Origin: an uncultured Candidatus Saccharibacteria bacterium
GTDB lineage: Bacteria > Patescibacteriota > UBA1384 > CAILIB01 > JAUSJZ01
NCBI GenBank assembly: GCA_964421635.1
Contig: CAYQWZ010000005.1
Location: 2,748-66,747, forward strand
Length of the DNA stretch: 64,000 bases
Direction: 5' to 3'
The notes under the pieces were generated by a model, which had not been told where the DNA came from, ran no database searches, and saw nothing but the letters and a program-made list of their open reading frames with translations. Positions 63,992 through 64,000 of the stretch are shown one piece after another (position 1 is the first letter of the stretch; each line of letters opens with the position of its first letter). A program made the translations under genes and the position numbers.

Positions 63992-64000
63992 GCCGACGGC

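Overview
This 64-kb window is bacterial chromosomal DNA with a roughly 42-45% GC background and several GC-elevated patches. Standard genetic code fits all conserved genes, and coding density is high. The housekeeping content (archaeal-type AspRS, LysRS, SerS, SecA, RecA-RecX, FtsK, RodZ-like, YchF, PEP synthase, iPGM, DEAD-box helicase, RRM RNA-binding protein, a Znu/Tro-type metal ABC importer, VIT1, two Nudix proteins, many small membrane proteins, almost no biosynthesis) suggests a reduced-genome Patescibacteria/CPR-like organism; this is inference. One tRNA-Asn(GTT) is present; there are no rRNA genes, no CRISPR arrays and no recognisable IS elements or integrases.

The most striking locus is a co-directional operon at 2.1-12.8 kb. 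It encodes one or two TasA/camelysin-like secreted proteins, an S/T-rich FN3-like secreted protein and a Big-1 (invasin-like) protein. These are followed by a 1975-aa secreted repeat giant whose C-terminus carries a phage tail-fibre/endosialidase-type intramolecular chaperone (Peptidase_S74-like) auto-processing domain, and then a Wzy_C (O-antigen-ligase/O-oligosaccharyltransferase family) membrane protein. This looks like a candidate cell-surface fibre/adhesin assembly system that may be glycosylated.

Other notable points:
- At 24.6-27.7 kb a second MacA/MacB-like efflux operon is reduced to two gene fragments flanking an antisense 726-aa ORFan.
- At 30.5-39.3 kb lies an island of GC-elevated, mostly minus-strand ORFans punctuated by a family of GC-rich palindromes (core GCCTGCC...GGCAGGC; two identical 20-mers CCTGCCTGCCGGCAGGCAGG). 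One copy is inserted into a duplicated 5' fragment of tRNA-Asn directly upstream of the intact tRNA.
- Smaller observations: an HD-Nudix fusion, a protein with four tandem HTH-like repeats, a leader element shared by two consecutive genes, probable leaderless promoters, and GC-rich lipoprotein genes with strong RBS inserted between aaRS genes and secA.
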